In this document: positions 16,325-25,222 of the stretch, one piece after another
Position numbering within the stretch: the stretch's first letter is position 1
How the letters are laid out: each line of letters starts with the position of its first letter
DNA from: a virus
Lineage: Duplodnaviria; Heunggongvirae; Uroviricota; Caudoviricetes
Direction: 5' to 3' (one strand)
Virus record (IMG/VR): IMGVR_UViG_3300032220_000751
Length of the DNA stretch: 64,000 nt
Position numbers and translations under genes: made by a program
The notes under the pieces: generated by a model
What the model saw: the letters and a program-made list of their open reading frames with translations, nothing else
Told to the model about the DNA's origin: nothing
The model's database searches: none

Positions 16325-16729
16325 ATGTCTAATAACAGTGAAAGCACTTTCGTCATCGATCAAGCAGTGCAACTGAAGTCTGGTGGTCCCAAGATGACGG
16401 TTTACGAAGTCTCTCTGGACAATGATCAGAAAGAAGTTGTACTGTGCCGGTGGCTGGACGACAACGGTGAGAAGGTCGCCGATATGTTCTACCCTGCAAC
16501 GCTGCAGGTCTATGACAAGGCGAAAGACACGACCTTGATCAATGGCCATCCCAAGTTCGCTATTGCTCGTTTGGTCGTGGATGTCGTCTACGAAGTCAAT
16601 GGTGTTGAAACGGCCGAACTGGGTGCGATGTTGATTCACCATGCCAATCGTGCACGTGAGGAAGGTCTTCTGACTGGCAGTACCGATGCTGAAGTCCTGC
16701 GTTTCAAAGCAGAGGTTACTGTTTCTTGA
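16325..16729 (+). CDS. YodC/DUF2158-domain protein with C-terminal extension
   Basis: VQLKSGGPKMTV...VLCRWLDDNG...F.PATL. Confidence 0.75.
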   Translation: MSNNSESTFVIDQAVQLKSGGPKMTVYEVSLDNDQKEVVLCRWLDDNGEKVADMFYPATLQVYDKAKDTTLINGHPKFAIARLVVDVVYEVNGVETAELGAMLIHHANRAREEGLLTGSTDAEVLRFKAEVTVS

Positions 16730-16730
16730 C

Positions 16731-17207
16731 ATGACTGATAAAACCATTTATCGTGAATCGGCCAAAGCTGTTAATCGTGGGTATGCAGCTGTAGCGCTCT
16801 TTAATCCAAAGAATCGCGATAACGTGGGTTCTGCACTACGAGCAGTGGGTTGCTATGATGCAGCTATGCTCGTAGTGCAGGGTAAGCGTTATGTGCGAAG
16901 TGTTCTGGATGTGAATGATCAGTGGAAGCACACTCCGTTGATCATGACTGAGAATGTCATGGATAATATCCCTCATGGATGTGTTCCTGTAGCAATTGAA
17001 TTCGTAGATACAGCCAAGTCATTGGTTGACTACGTCCATCCTGAACGTGCTTACTATATCTTTGGACCTGAAGACGGTTCTATCCCTAAAGAGGTCATGA
17101 AACTGTGCCGTGATGTAGTTTATGTTCCCACGTCGTTGTGCATGAATCTGGCCGCCACAGTCAATGTGGTGCTTTATGACCGTTTATCTAAAATGAAGAA
17201 GAAATAA
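16731..17207 (+). CDS. SpoU/TrmH(TrmL)-family SPOUT RNA methyltransferase
   Basis: NPKNRDNVGSALRA, YIFGPEDGSI, VYVPT..CMNLAATVNVVLYDR; minimal 158-aa SPOUT domain. Confidence 0.9.
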   Translation: MTDKTIYRESAKAVNRGYAAVALFNPKNRDNVGSALRAVGCYDAAMLVVQGKRYVRSVLDVNDQWKHTPLIMTENVMDNIPHGCVPVAIEFVDTAKSLVDYVHPERAYYIFGPEDGSIPKEVMKLCRDVVYVPTSLCMNLAATVNVVLYDRLSKMKKK

Positions 17208-17208
17208 C

Positions 17209-17568
17209 ATGTCAATTGAACTCGATGGTGCCTTCGAAGTCCCTGATTGGCTCACTGAAAAGGTGGAGAAGTTGGAAGCGCAGTGGCAGATTAGCCGTTA
17301 TAACTATCGGTTGGTGCCATATCACTCGTACAGCTCTTATGGTCCTGATGGCTGGCGTCTGGCAGTTGAGGACATCACTGATAAAGAGAAGCCTGTGCGT
17401 GTGGTCGAGCACATCACTGCATCCAAGGATCTCGATGGCCATACACTGATGTTGTTGCTGGAAGGTATGCGTAAGTCCTTCCAGTTCGGTGTACTGCACG
17501 GACAGAATAAAGCCGTGGATAACTTGGCTAAAGGTATGGCCAAGATCATCATGGAAACTCGTCCGTAA
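17209..17568 (+). CDS. Hypothetical protein
   Basis: 119 aa, coupled to upstream gene. Confidence 0.7.
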   Translation: MSIELDGAFEVPDWLTEKVEKLEAQWQISRYNYRLVPYHSYSSYGPDGWRLAVEDITDKEKPVRVVEHITASKDLDGHTLMLLLEGMRKSFQFGVLHGQNKAVDNLAKGMAKIIMETRP

Positions 17569-17617
17569 ATCATATGGAGTACCCGGTACTCCTTAACCTC
17601 ATCAAGAAAGGTAACAC

Positions 17618-18046
17618 ATGACTGTTTCTGTTGGCGATACCGTACAACTTCGTTTCGATGGCACTCCTCGCGGCATTCTCATCAGCGGCCCCCGGATGGT
17701 TGCTCAATCCGTGTCCAGCGATGGTACTGTCTTCTGCGTGACTCCCGGTATTTCGGGTGGTTCTGGCTTTTACGCAGGTACCTACAAGGATGGCGAAGTC
17801 GTCGTCGTCGATAACGCCATTCCTGACGGTATGGTGGAAGCTCTGCAAGAGATCCGTTCGCAGATTGATCCGGCAGGTCCCTATGCAGTTGAGATCTACA
17901 CGGTGCCTGCTGTTGGTAACTGGCAGTTCATCATCTACCAGAAACATAACCCGCAAAGCGTGCTGGATGGTTTCTTGTTCGGCACTCCGCTGGCCGATCC
18001 GACATTCATCGCTCGCATCGTTCAGAACCTGACCGAGCTGTTCTAA
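17618..18046 (+). CDS. Hypothetical protein with divergent DUF2158-like N-terminus
   Basis: VGDTVQL...SGPRMV...VFC resembles the gene at 16325. Confidence 0.7.
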   Translation: MTVSVGDTVQLRFDGTPRGILISGPRMVAQSVSSDGTVFCVTPGISGGSGFYAGTYKDGEVVVVDNAIPDGMVEALQEIRSQIDPAGPYAVEIYTVPAVGNWQFIIYQKHNPQSVLDGFLFGTPLADPTFIARIVQNLTELF

Positions 18047-18107
18047 GCCCCAGAAGGCCAAAGGATCGGTCTTCTTAATCCATTGAAGTGTAATCTATAG
18101 GAGCTAC

Positions 18108-18395
18108 ATGATGCTTAAGATTCGCCCCATCACTGGTAATCTGGAGAAGTCCATCCAATTAACCTCGGCTATTGAGCCTACTCTGACGGCTACCATCGAA
18201 TGGTTGCAGAAGATGGAACTCTGTGAGAAGGATTCCAAGTACATCAACTTGGAAGACTTCTCCTTCATCAAGCACGGTCATTCGAACGATGCTGAATGGG
18301 CTAATGGCTACATGATTCGTATCGGCGACATGCCGGTGGCGATGATCAGCCATGAGATCCCAGACCTGGAACATCAGATTGCCGTCTGGCACTGA
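18108..18395 (+). CDS. Hypothetical protein
   Basis: AGGAG RBS, 95 aa. Confidence 0.75.
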   Translation: MMLKIRPITGNLEKSIQLTSAIEPTLTATIEWLQKMELCEKDSKYINLEDFSFIKHGHSNDAEWANGYMIRIGDMPVAMISHEIPDLEHQIAVWH

Positions 18396-18400
18396 ACTAC

Positions 18401-18446
18401 GCGCATACACTGGCCTAGGGATATCATTCCCTAGGCTCTTATGCCC
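18401..18446 (+). terminator. GCATA-hairpin-TTATG element
   Basis: GCCTAGGGA/TCCCTAGGC then TTATGCCC. Confidence 0.6.
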
Positions 18447-18480
18447 TTAATTTCATTTTTGTATAAGAGAGACCTATTTA

Positions 18481-19152
18481 ATGACTACCATCCTCTACCA
18501 CAAAGGTATCCTGCTGGCTGACTCCCGTACCACGACACGTTCTCGTACTGGCGATGAACCTGAATGCGTCAAGTGCGGTCATTCCGGTGCTCGCAAGTCT
18601 GATGATACAACGAAACTCCATATCGGCGACTTCAAAAGCAATAAATTCCGTGGTGATCCTATCCTTGCAGTTGGTCAGGTCGGTAAGATAACAGTAGCCA
18701 TGGGTCTTTTGCGCATACTGCGCGCAGGTGAAGACCTCGAAGCCTATATTCGCATGGCTTCCATTGCAAAGCACCACCATCACATCACCTTCGGTTCCGG
18801 TGGTCTGGTTATTGTAGGTGAAAAGAAAGTTTACCACGTCAAGATGTTAAATGCTGACGAAGGTAACTTCAAGAATTCCTTTGATGTGAAGGAAGTCTCG
18901 CGCGCTGACACGCTGGCCGTGGGTAGTGGGGGTGACTATGCCATGGGTTATCTGAAAGCCATCGATGATCCATGGAGTGCTCTGCAAGCTGCAATTGAAC
19001 TGGATCCGTCCACTGGTGGTTTGATTCGCTTTATCGATTTCAAAGAAGACAATCTGCGCATTCAGGCATGTGAAGTCAGTAAGATGCCTGACATCAAACT
19101 TACTGCACTCGCTATCATTGAAATGAAAGATACCAAGAAAGTAGAATCTTGA
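18481..19152 (+). CDS. HslV/proteasome-beta-like Ntn hydrolase with CxxC insertion
   Basis: MTTILYHKGILLADSRTT, K in DDTTKL, AVGSGGDYAMG, DPSTGG; CVKC insert. Confidence 0.75.
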   Translation: MTTILYHKGILLADSRTTTRSRTGDEPECVKCGHSGARKSDDTTKLHIGDFKSNKFRGDPILAVGQVGKITVAMGLLRILRAGEDLEAYIRMASIAKHHHHITFGSGGLVIVGEKKVYHVKMLNADEGNFKNSFDVKEVSRADTLAVGSGGDYAMGYLKAIDDPWSALQAAIELDPSTGGLIRFIDFKEDNLRIQACEVSKMPDIKLTALAIIEMKDTKKVES

Positions 19153-19186
19153 GACTGAATTACTGCCTCTAATACAAGGAAAGATT

Positions 19187-19924
19187 ATGTTGAAACCGAA
19201 ATTCGGATTGGATAACCCAGTCCTTGCCCAAAGTGTGCTTGCTCTGGGCATTGCAGCGCAAATCGCTTTGTCCCATAATGACAAAGCTCGTAGTTTGCAG
19301 TACTACGAAGAAATGAAACGTCTCTTGGATGGAAATGTCCCTCCCAGCGATCAAGCTGAACTGCCTTTGGATAACGTCGAGTTGGATCGTCTTTCGACAC
19401 TTGCCCAAATGTCGCTGGACTACGCTAACAAAAGCAAGCGGGTCAGTGATCGAGCACTGACGGCTACGGTTATCAATACCCTGAAAGATAACGGCTACCC
19501 CAACGTCGGTAGTTTGATGATGGCGCGTGAACGTGATCTGAAACGTTTGGACGGTATCGGGTCGTCCAAGTATCACGACATCGTTCTCTTCATGAATAGC
19601 CTGGGTGTAAGGATCGGTCAACGGTTGCCAAAAGTGAAGTTGACCAAAGAACAACGGATGTATTGGATGTTCCATCCGATTGGTGAATTCCACGATGTCT
19701 ATAACCGGAATTATCGCACCTACTCCACATCCATCCCACCACTCGATACCCGTGCACTGAACTGCTTGCGTGCTGCGGAAATCGAGACCATGGGCCAACT
19801 GGTTTCTAAATCTGAAGAAGATCTGGAAAAGCTGGTGAACCTGGGTCGCGAGTCCGTGAACAAGATCGTTCATTGGTTGGGTGAAGCTGGCCTGTTCCTG
19901 AATACCGACATCGAAGCAGTCTAG
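19187..19924 (+). CDS. Protein with two tandem RNA polymerase alpha-CTD-like domains
   Basis: LDTRALNCLRAAEIETMGQLVSKSEEDLEKLVNLGRESVNKIVHWL aligns to RpoA CTD; a second copy at VINTLKDNGYPNVGSL..LKRLDGIGSS. Confidence 0.8.
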   Translation: MLKPKFGLDNPVLAQSVLALGIAAQIALSHNDKARSLQYYEEMKRLLDGNVPPSDQAELPLDNVELDRLSTLAQMSLDYANKSKRVSDRALTATVINTLKDNGYPNVGSLMMARERDLKRLDGIGSSKYHDIVLFMNSLGVRIGQRLPKVKLTKEQRMYWMFHPIGEFHDVYNRNYRTYSTSIPPLDTRALNCLRAAEIETMGQLVSKSEEDLEKLVNLGRESVNKIVHWLGEAGLFLNTDIEAV

Positions 19925-19931
19925 GAGATAT

Positions 19932-20450
19932 ATGCATCCCATCACATCTAAACGAGTTGATCGCTTGATAGCGATTGCTCAAGTCCGCGCTACACAAGCC
20001 AGTGTATTTACTGTTTCTCACCCGCAACTGGAGAACAATGCTTACATGAAGCTAAATGAGAAGCGAACCGGCTACATGAACATGGCGGATCAGGCATTGA
20101 AAGATGCTCAATACTTGCTGTCGGGTAATGTGGACAAATTCACCATCGAAGAAATCAAGAACCTTCCTCTCAACGGCATCCACAAACGTCTGCGAGATCA
20201 TTTCGGTGTGGAAATGGTTGCATACATCTACGACAATCAGTATCCAGAGAAACTTTATTTCAATGGTTACGAAACTGTCGGTTCCATACTCGGTAGCGAC
20301 TTCGAAATCCGCATATCTCATCGCTGCCCTGCGTTCAGAGACATGAGTGAAGCACGCTCCGCCATGGAGAAACTCACAACCATGTTCTTAGCTATCGAAC
20401 AGGCTTTCGGTGTCTGGTTGCCAGAATGGAAGCCTGTTTCCTCAGGGTAA
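19932..20450 (+). CDS. Hypothetical protein
   Basis: AGGAG RBS; LLSGNV..LPL segment echoes LLDGNV..LPL of the preceding gene. Confidence 0.75.
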   Translation: MHPITSKRVDRLIAIAQVRATQASVFTVSHPQLENNAYMKLNEKRTGYMNMADQALKDAQYLLSGNVDKFTIEEIKNLPLNGIHKRLRDHFGVEMVAYIYDNQYPEKLYFNGYETVGSILGSDFEIRISHRCPAFRDMSEARSAMEKLTTMFLAIEQAFGVWLPEWKPVSSG

Positions 20451-20453
20451 CAT

Positions 20454-20520
20454 CCTCAGTTGGTTAATTTTATGCGGAGCAGAGATTATCTGTAAAGCAT
20501 AACCCATTAACCAACTGAGG
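20454..20520 (+). promoter_or_regulatory. RBS-sequestering hairpin with internal TATG
   Basis: Perfect 15-bp CCTCAGTTGGTTAAT/ATTAACCAACTGAGG; GAGG RBS (20517-20) of the next gene lies in the 3' arm. Confidence 0.65.
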
Positions 20521-20528
20521 CATTAACC

Positions 20529-20807
20529 ATGGCAGCTGCACAAGAAATTGAATTCAAGAAGAATGATCGCGTCAAACTGGACAAGATCGATTCTGAGAAT
20601 GTCTTCTACAAGAACCTCTTCGGGGTGTTCTTCGAGAGTAAGATGAAAGAACTGAAATCGTTCATGACGACTGTAGGGGTCGTTCTGGGCACGGGTGAGT
20701 TTAATCTCGGCGACGTTGCCGAGCAAGTCGTGACAGCTGAATTCAAGAAGGACGGTCAGTCCTACTACCTGAATCTGCCTGCTTCCGACTTGGCTGCCGT
20801 GGTTTAA
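20529..20807 (+). CDS. Small hypothetical protein
   Basis: 92 aa, strong codon bias. Confidence 0.8.
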   Translation: MAAAQEIEFKKNDRVKLDKIDSENVFYKNLFGVFFESKMKELKSFMTTVGVVLGTGEFNLGDVAEQVVTAEFKKDGQSYYLNLPASDLAAVV

Positions 20808-21064
20808 TGGAAAGAGTAGCAGTAATCTACCGCAGGATGCATGGGTATGATCCCGTGCCTTCTGCGGTAATTACACTACCTGATAGTGAGATCATCACCG
20901 ACGAGGATGCGTATTTTACCCGGCGCATGCAAGAGGTGTCACAGCGTTTCTTTGATCGCTATGGGTACGATAATGTCGTTTGGTATTACAAGATTCGTGA
21001 TCTTGAAGCTGAACGCAAACAACGGTCGTTCTTAGTGAGAGCTAAGAAGTTGTTTAAGAAATAA
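20807..21064 (+). CDS. Hypothetical protein
   Basis: TAATG overlap, 85 aa. Confidence 0.7.
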   Translation: MERVAVIYRRMHGYDPVPSAVITLPDSEIITDEDAYFTRRMQEVSQRFFDRYGYDNVVWYYKIRDLEAERKQRSFLVRAKKLFKK

Positions 21065-21087
21065 TCATTCTAATCAAAGGAGTAGTT

Positions 21088-21627
21088 ATGAGTAATGAAG
21101 TCCCCAAGAAAGTGCCGAAGTTGTCGAAGGGTCTGACCAAGACCGTGACCAATAAACCGGTCTATGAGCCTGGTAAGGGTCTTAAGAAGAGTGCCAAGGG
21201 CAAGAGCACCGGTGGAGTCGTACATCGGACACTCCCGATGGAAACCAGGAATGCACTCCTGGACGAGCATACCAAGGTCAACCCCACTGATGCAGAAGTC
21301 CAGCAATGTGCTGATGAGCGTGCATTCATGTCGCAAAGTCAAGTGGGGGAACGTCAATACAACATGACCGGCTACCTGATTCGTCAGGTCAAAAACATGA
21401 GGCCATCGGTCGTTCACACCTACCGTGTACATGGTGTAACGACTTCGACCAATGACAAGGTCGTAAAAGCACTGCATGCACATCTGCAGAAGATGACCAA
21501 TTCGATCCATACAGCGTTGCGTATGTACTTGCCTGAACTCCAGGATGGTGAAACCACATACACCGCAATCGTCAGTGAAGATAGCAACGTCGTTACCATC
21601 GACGCCAAAGATCTGATCGACCTCTAA
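21088..21627 (+). CDS. Hypothetical protein with Lys-rich N-terminus
   Basis: AAGGAG RBS, 179 aa. Confidence 0.8.
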   Translation: MSNEVPKKVPKLSKGLTKTVTNKPVYEPGKGLKKSAKGKSTGGVVHRTLPMETRNALLDEHTKVNPTDAEVQQCADERAFMSQSQVGERQYNMTGYLIRQVKNMRPSVVHTYRVHGVTTSTNDKVVKALHAHLQKMTNSIHTALRMYLPELQDGETTYTAIVSEDSNVVTIDAKDLIDL

Positions 21628-21645
21628 TCACCTACAAGGAACATA

Positions 21646-22269
21646 ATGACAACTATTGTCTACCATGATGGTGTAATGGCGTGTGATCGCAGGGTTACTC
21701 TGGTCGGAGTAGCCAAAGGCGATCGCACTGTCTGTAATAGCTGCGGTGACCATACCCCTATCATCGAACAGACTGACGAGAAGATCGTCCTGTTTGACAG
21801 CGATTCGACATCTACGTTCATGAATGAAGAAGTTGTTGCTGTAGGGATGTCTGGTAACATGCATCTGGGTCAGCGGTTAATCACATCGCTGAAGAAAGGT
21901 CGGGACATTGAAGTAATGATCGATGATTACTACTTCCTTAACCCGACTGCATTGCCGTCCACCTTCCTTCTGATTGTAACGAAGGAACATGCTTATACCT
22001 TCGAGGTACAAAGCGATGGTACTGATATCCACCGGTTTTCATTGAAAGACGCGGTGGTCATTGGTAAAGGTGGTATGGCAGCAATGACAGCCATCAAGTT
22101 CATGAATGCTGACCCTGTGTCGGCAATCGTGGTGGCTTCCGAAATTGACCTCTATACGGGTAATGGAATCATGAAAGTTAACTTACGTGATCCCAATCCA
22201 AAAATAAAAAGAGTCACCCCTGAAGAGGTTATGCAACTCTCTCAAGGAAATAACGATGAAGTTAGTTGA
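21646..22269 (+). CDS. Second HslV/proteasome-beta-like Ntn hydrolase paralog with CxxC insertion
   Basis: MTTIVYHDGVMACDRRVT, CNSC, VIGKGGMAAM, EIDLYTG. Confidence 0.7.
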   Translation: MTTIVYHDGVMACDRRVTLVGVAKGDRTVCNSCGDHTPIIEQTDEKIVLFDSDSTSTFMNEEVVAVGMSGNMHLGQRLITSLKKGRDIEVMIDDYYFLNPTALPSTFLLIVTKEHAYTFEVQSDGTDIHRFSLKDAVVIGKGGMAAMTAIKFMNADPVSAIVVASEIDLYTGNGIMKVNLRDPNPKIKRVTPEEVMQLSQGNNDEVS

Positions 22270-22492
22270 TAATTTCAGCAAAGGATTGAATCCTGAGCTG
22301 TTTAAGCCCTCCCCTAAGACAGGTGTTCCCGTCTGTCGAGATCGTCGTCAGGTCAACGAGGATCTCACCCTGTTAAACATGATGGGTCTTGAACCCAGCA
22401 TGCTGACAGGTCCCAAGCATAACTTAACCGCAGCTCTTTTAAAAGAGATGGGTGAGTTCATCTCAACGCAGAATCTGAAAGGAACGACATGA
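22256..22492 (+). CDS. Small hypothetical protein
   Basis: AAGGA RBS, 78 aa. Confidence 0.65.
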   Translation: MKLVDNFSKGLNPELFKPSPKTGVPVCRDRRQVNEDLTLLNMMGLEPSMLTGPKHNLTAALLKEMGEFISTQNLKGTT

Positions 22493-22968
22493 ACTCAGCT
22501 GCTGAAATTGAAAGCATCCGCAAAGGCATTCAGCGGATTAACAACTTCGGACACTATGGTGCGCATGCTCCGCGTGTTGATTGGAGTCTGTATTCGAAAC
22601 CCAATCCGGTCGCCAGTGCAGTCTTGGCTACCAAACATCGGTTCAGTGGTCGGTCGGTTGTTCGTCCGTCTCTGACTACCCTGTGCAAGATGCCTCCGAT
22701 CGCACCAACTGGCTCGTGGTATCATGGCCATTATCCTGATCTCGGTGAATTGTCCCAAGTTGCACTGGATCAATCTCACCGCATCCATACTGCACCGTTC
22801 TTCGATTACCGTGAAGGCTACCCGCATCCGGTTTACGGTCGTCACTCGGATTACTTCCAGCTGACGACTGCTGGTTTGTTGCTTCGTCAGTTTCCTGAAC
22901 GTAAGCAGGTGCCCACTTTCCTGAACTGGTATCTCAATGCAATCAGTGGGTTGAAAGACTTTAGCTAA
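22489..22968 (+). CDS. Hypothetical protein
   Basis: ATGA overlap, 159 aa. Confidence 0.7.
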   Translation: MNSAAEIESIRKGIQRINNFGHYGAHAPRVDWSLYSKPNPVASAVLATKHRFSGRSVVRPSLTTLCKMPPIAPTGSWYHGHYPDLGELSQVALDQSHRIHTAPFFDYREGYPHPVYGRHSDYFQLTTAGLLLRQFPERKQVPTFLNWYLNAISGLKDFS

Positions 22969-22970
22969 TC

Positions 22971-23016
22971 TAAATGGATAGGAGAAATCCTATCCATTTA
23001 TGCCCACATATCACTA
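22971..23016 (+). promoter_or_regulatory. Hairpin-TTATG terminator immediately followed by early promoter ACATATCACTA
   Basis: 13-bp TAAATGGATAGGA/TCCTATCCATTTA; motif at 23006-16. Confidence 0.65.
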
Positions 23017-23044
23017 GAATACATTAACCCAAGGAGTCTACGTA

Positions 23045-24112
23045 ATGGAATTTGAAACCATCCAAGAAGAACAAGAAGCCATTCAAGAATCGATCAAGAT
23101 CATCCAGTCGCAGGAACTGTTCCCCATTTTCGATCCCAAGATCACGGGTCAATTGATCGGTGGATCGTATTTTGGTGGTCCTGAAATCCTGGAATGGATT
23201 GAACAGCAAGAGTTCGAGTTGAACGATCATGGTACCAAGTATGACAGCTTGATCACCATGATGGCACGGGTCATGGCCAAGTTGGAAGATCCTATCGAGA
23301 TCAACCCGGCGGACTATTACTCCATCAACATGGTCGCTTACAAGAACGGTGTGGAAGTCATGATCCACATCCATGAAGTGCGTCAGATGGCAGAAGAAGC
23401 CAATACCCAAGGCACGGAACTGCGTCTGAACCAACTGGAACGGTTGGTGGTACCCAAGGTAGCGGCGACGTTCTGGCTGTCTCGTGAGCAACGCAAGCTG
23501 GTGGAATGGAACATCCATCCGGCAGGTCATGCTGACATCCGCATGCCGTGGCCGTATAACTCTGAACTCGGTCGCAACCTGCCAACGATCGTCGATCTCT
23601 TCCGTATCGGTGCTGGCAACTCCGGCGACAATATGGTAGTCATCAACACTGAAGAAGCCTTCAAGGAAGACTTCCTGACCTGTGGCTGGCATGGTAGTGA
23701 GCTGGTTGGTTACGCTTATTTCGGCCCCTACCTGAAAGCACCGATGGCTGATGGTGCTCCAGTTCATATTTCCACGCCGACCAAATGGTCGCACGATCCT
23801 ATCTTCTTCATGGTCGGTCTTCCTGAAAAAGAAGACGGTGAAGGTGACTGGTTCATGTTCGACATCCTGGACCGCGTTCAAGATGCTCATGCTCGTGGGA
23901 TGTTCTTGTCCGACAAGCCACGCACAATCGAGATCCGCATCGGTAAGCGTATCTTCCACGTATTCATCAACAAGTGGGATACCGAGAAGGAGTATGAAAA
24001 CGAGGTGGACGTCGAAGTCAACAACCACCTCAAACAAGCTGTGGAAGAAAACGCACTCATTCCTGAAAAGGTCCGTGTGTATTCGATCGCAGCATTTGAT
24101 ATCCCCAAGTAA
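23045..24112 (+). CDS. Hypothetical protein with DUF4262-like C-terminal region
   Basis: 355 aa; GYAYFG...FFMVGLPE...FDILDRV. Confidence 0.75.
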   Translation: MEFETIQEEQEAIQESIKIIQSQELFPIFDPKITGQLIGGSYFGGPEILEWIEQQEFELNDHGTKYDSLITMMARVMAKLEDPIEINPADYYSINMVAYKNGVEVMIHIHEVRQMAEEANTQGTELRLNQLERLVVPKVAATFWLSREQRKLVEWNIHPAGHADIRMPWPYNSELGRNLPTIVDLFRIGAGNSGDNMVVINTEEAFKEDFLTCGWHGSELVGYAYFGPYLKAPMADGAPVHISTPTKWSHDPIFFMVGLPEKEDGEGDWFMFDILDRVQDAHARGMFLSDKPRTIEIRIGKRIFHVFINKWDTEKEYENEVDVEVNNHLKQAVEENALIPEKVRVYSIAAFDIPK

Positions 24113-24127
24113 CTGAAAGAAAGAAAC

Positions 24128-25135
24128 ATGAAAACACTACGTGATGTGTTGAAACAATGGGATGAACTCGACTCCAATGAAGTCATCGATCTGCTGGTCC
24201 ATGCTGGTCTGAAGATCGAGGAGTTGAACATCCCCAAGGGTACACTCTACACCCTGACCTATCCGTTGGTTAATGAGAGTGCCACGCATGTTCATCTGTG
24301 GCTGCATACCTACGACCGTATGGTTGGATCGCATTACCAGACCAACGATGAAGAAGCAAAACAACTCGGGGTCAGGAACTGCCAGACTGCCACTCTGAAT
24401 AGCCTGAACAACATGGCTTGGCGCATCGAAGTTCAGTTCTATTTGGACGACGTTCATGTGGTTAAGGTCGTTCAGGACCGTGATCAAGAATCGCCACTGC
24501 CCATGCACCGCTTTAACCCAGATGACGAGCAACAAGAAGTTAATCTGGATAAGTTCAACGTGGATGGTAGTGACATGGTCTTTGTCAGTGCGTGGATGTC
24601 GGGACTGCAACGCCATGCTGACTACACGATCCAGCTCTGCTTGTCCAAAGGAAGCTGGAACAAGATCGCTTACATCGATCGGAAGGATCGATATACCCGT
24701 GAGTGTCCTGTTATAATCGACGGACGTAGTAAATACATCCACGTTGCCAAGCTCCTCAACTACCCCATCAACCACAGTAAGGGTGTAGAGGTGTGTGGGA
24801 TGCTCTTTACCACCATGCCAGATCAAGGTGATCAGACCTTCACACCTGAGCAGCTTTTGAATGTGGCGCAGACCATACTGGAGAAGAGAGACCCTTGGGG
24901 TCATGATCCTGAACCGGATGTTGTTTATGCATTGGTGGAGATGAGTTTCCAAATCCACCGCATGCGCATCGAACGCACGGAACTGGGCGATGATGAAGTA
25001 TCTGAAGTATTGCGTGAAGCCGTTAACGACTATCCTGGTGAAATCTATCAGGTGATGTTGGCAGATGCGAATGGTCACTATCCGGTGCCGGGTAATGCTG
25101 ATTTCGATCCTCTGACTGGTTTCCATCAGTTCTAA
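24128..25135 (+). CDS. Hypothetical protein with DUF4262-like C-terminal region
   Basis: 335 aa; LLNVAQTIL...IYQVMLADANGHYPVPG. Confidence 0.75.
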   Translation: MKTLRDVLKQWDELDSNEVIDLLVHAGLKIEELNIPKGTLYTLTYPLVNESATHVHLWLHTYDRMVGSHYQTNDEEAKQLGVRNCQTATLNSLNNMAWRIEVQFYLDDVHVVKVVQDRDQESPLPMHRFNPDDEQQEVNLDKFNVDGSDMVFVSAWMSGLQRHADYTIQLCLSKGSWNKIAYIDRKDRYTRECPVIIDGRSKYIHVAKLLNYPINHSKGVEVCGMLFTTMPDQGDQTFTPEQLLNVAQTILEKRDPWGHDPEPDVVYALVEMSFQIHRMRIERTELGDDEVSEVLREAVNDYPGEIYQVMLADANGHYPVPGNADFDPLTGFHQF

Positions 25136-25180
25136 GCGCATAAAGGGACAGGGTATTTACCCTGTCCCTATGACCTTTTT
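25136..25180 (+). terminator. GCATA-hairpin-TATG terminator
   Basis: GGGACAGGGTA/TACCCTGTCCC, TATGACC, T-tract. Confidence 0.7.
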
Positions 25181-25222
25181 TACAAATACCTTCAATTGGG
25201 TGTACACCCTACGGAGCTTATA

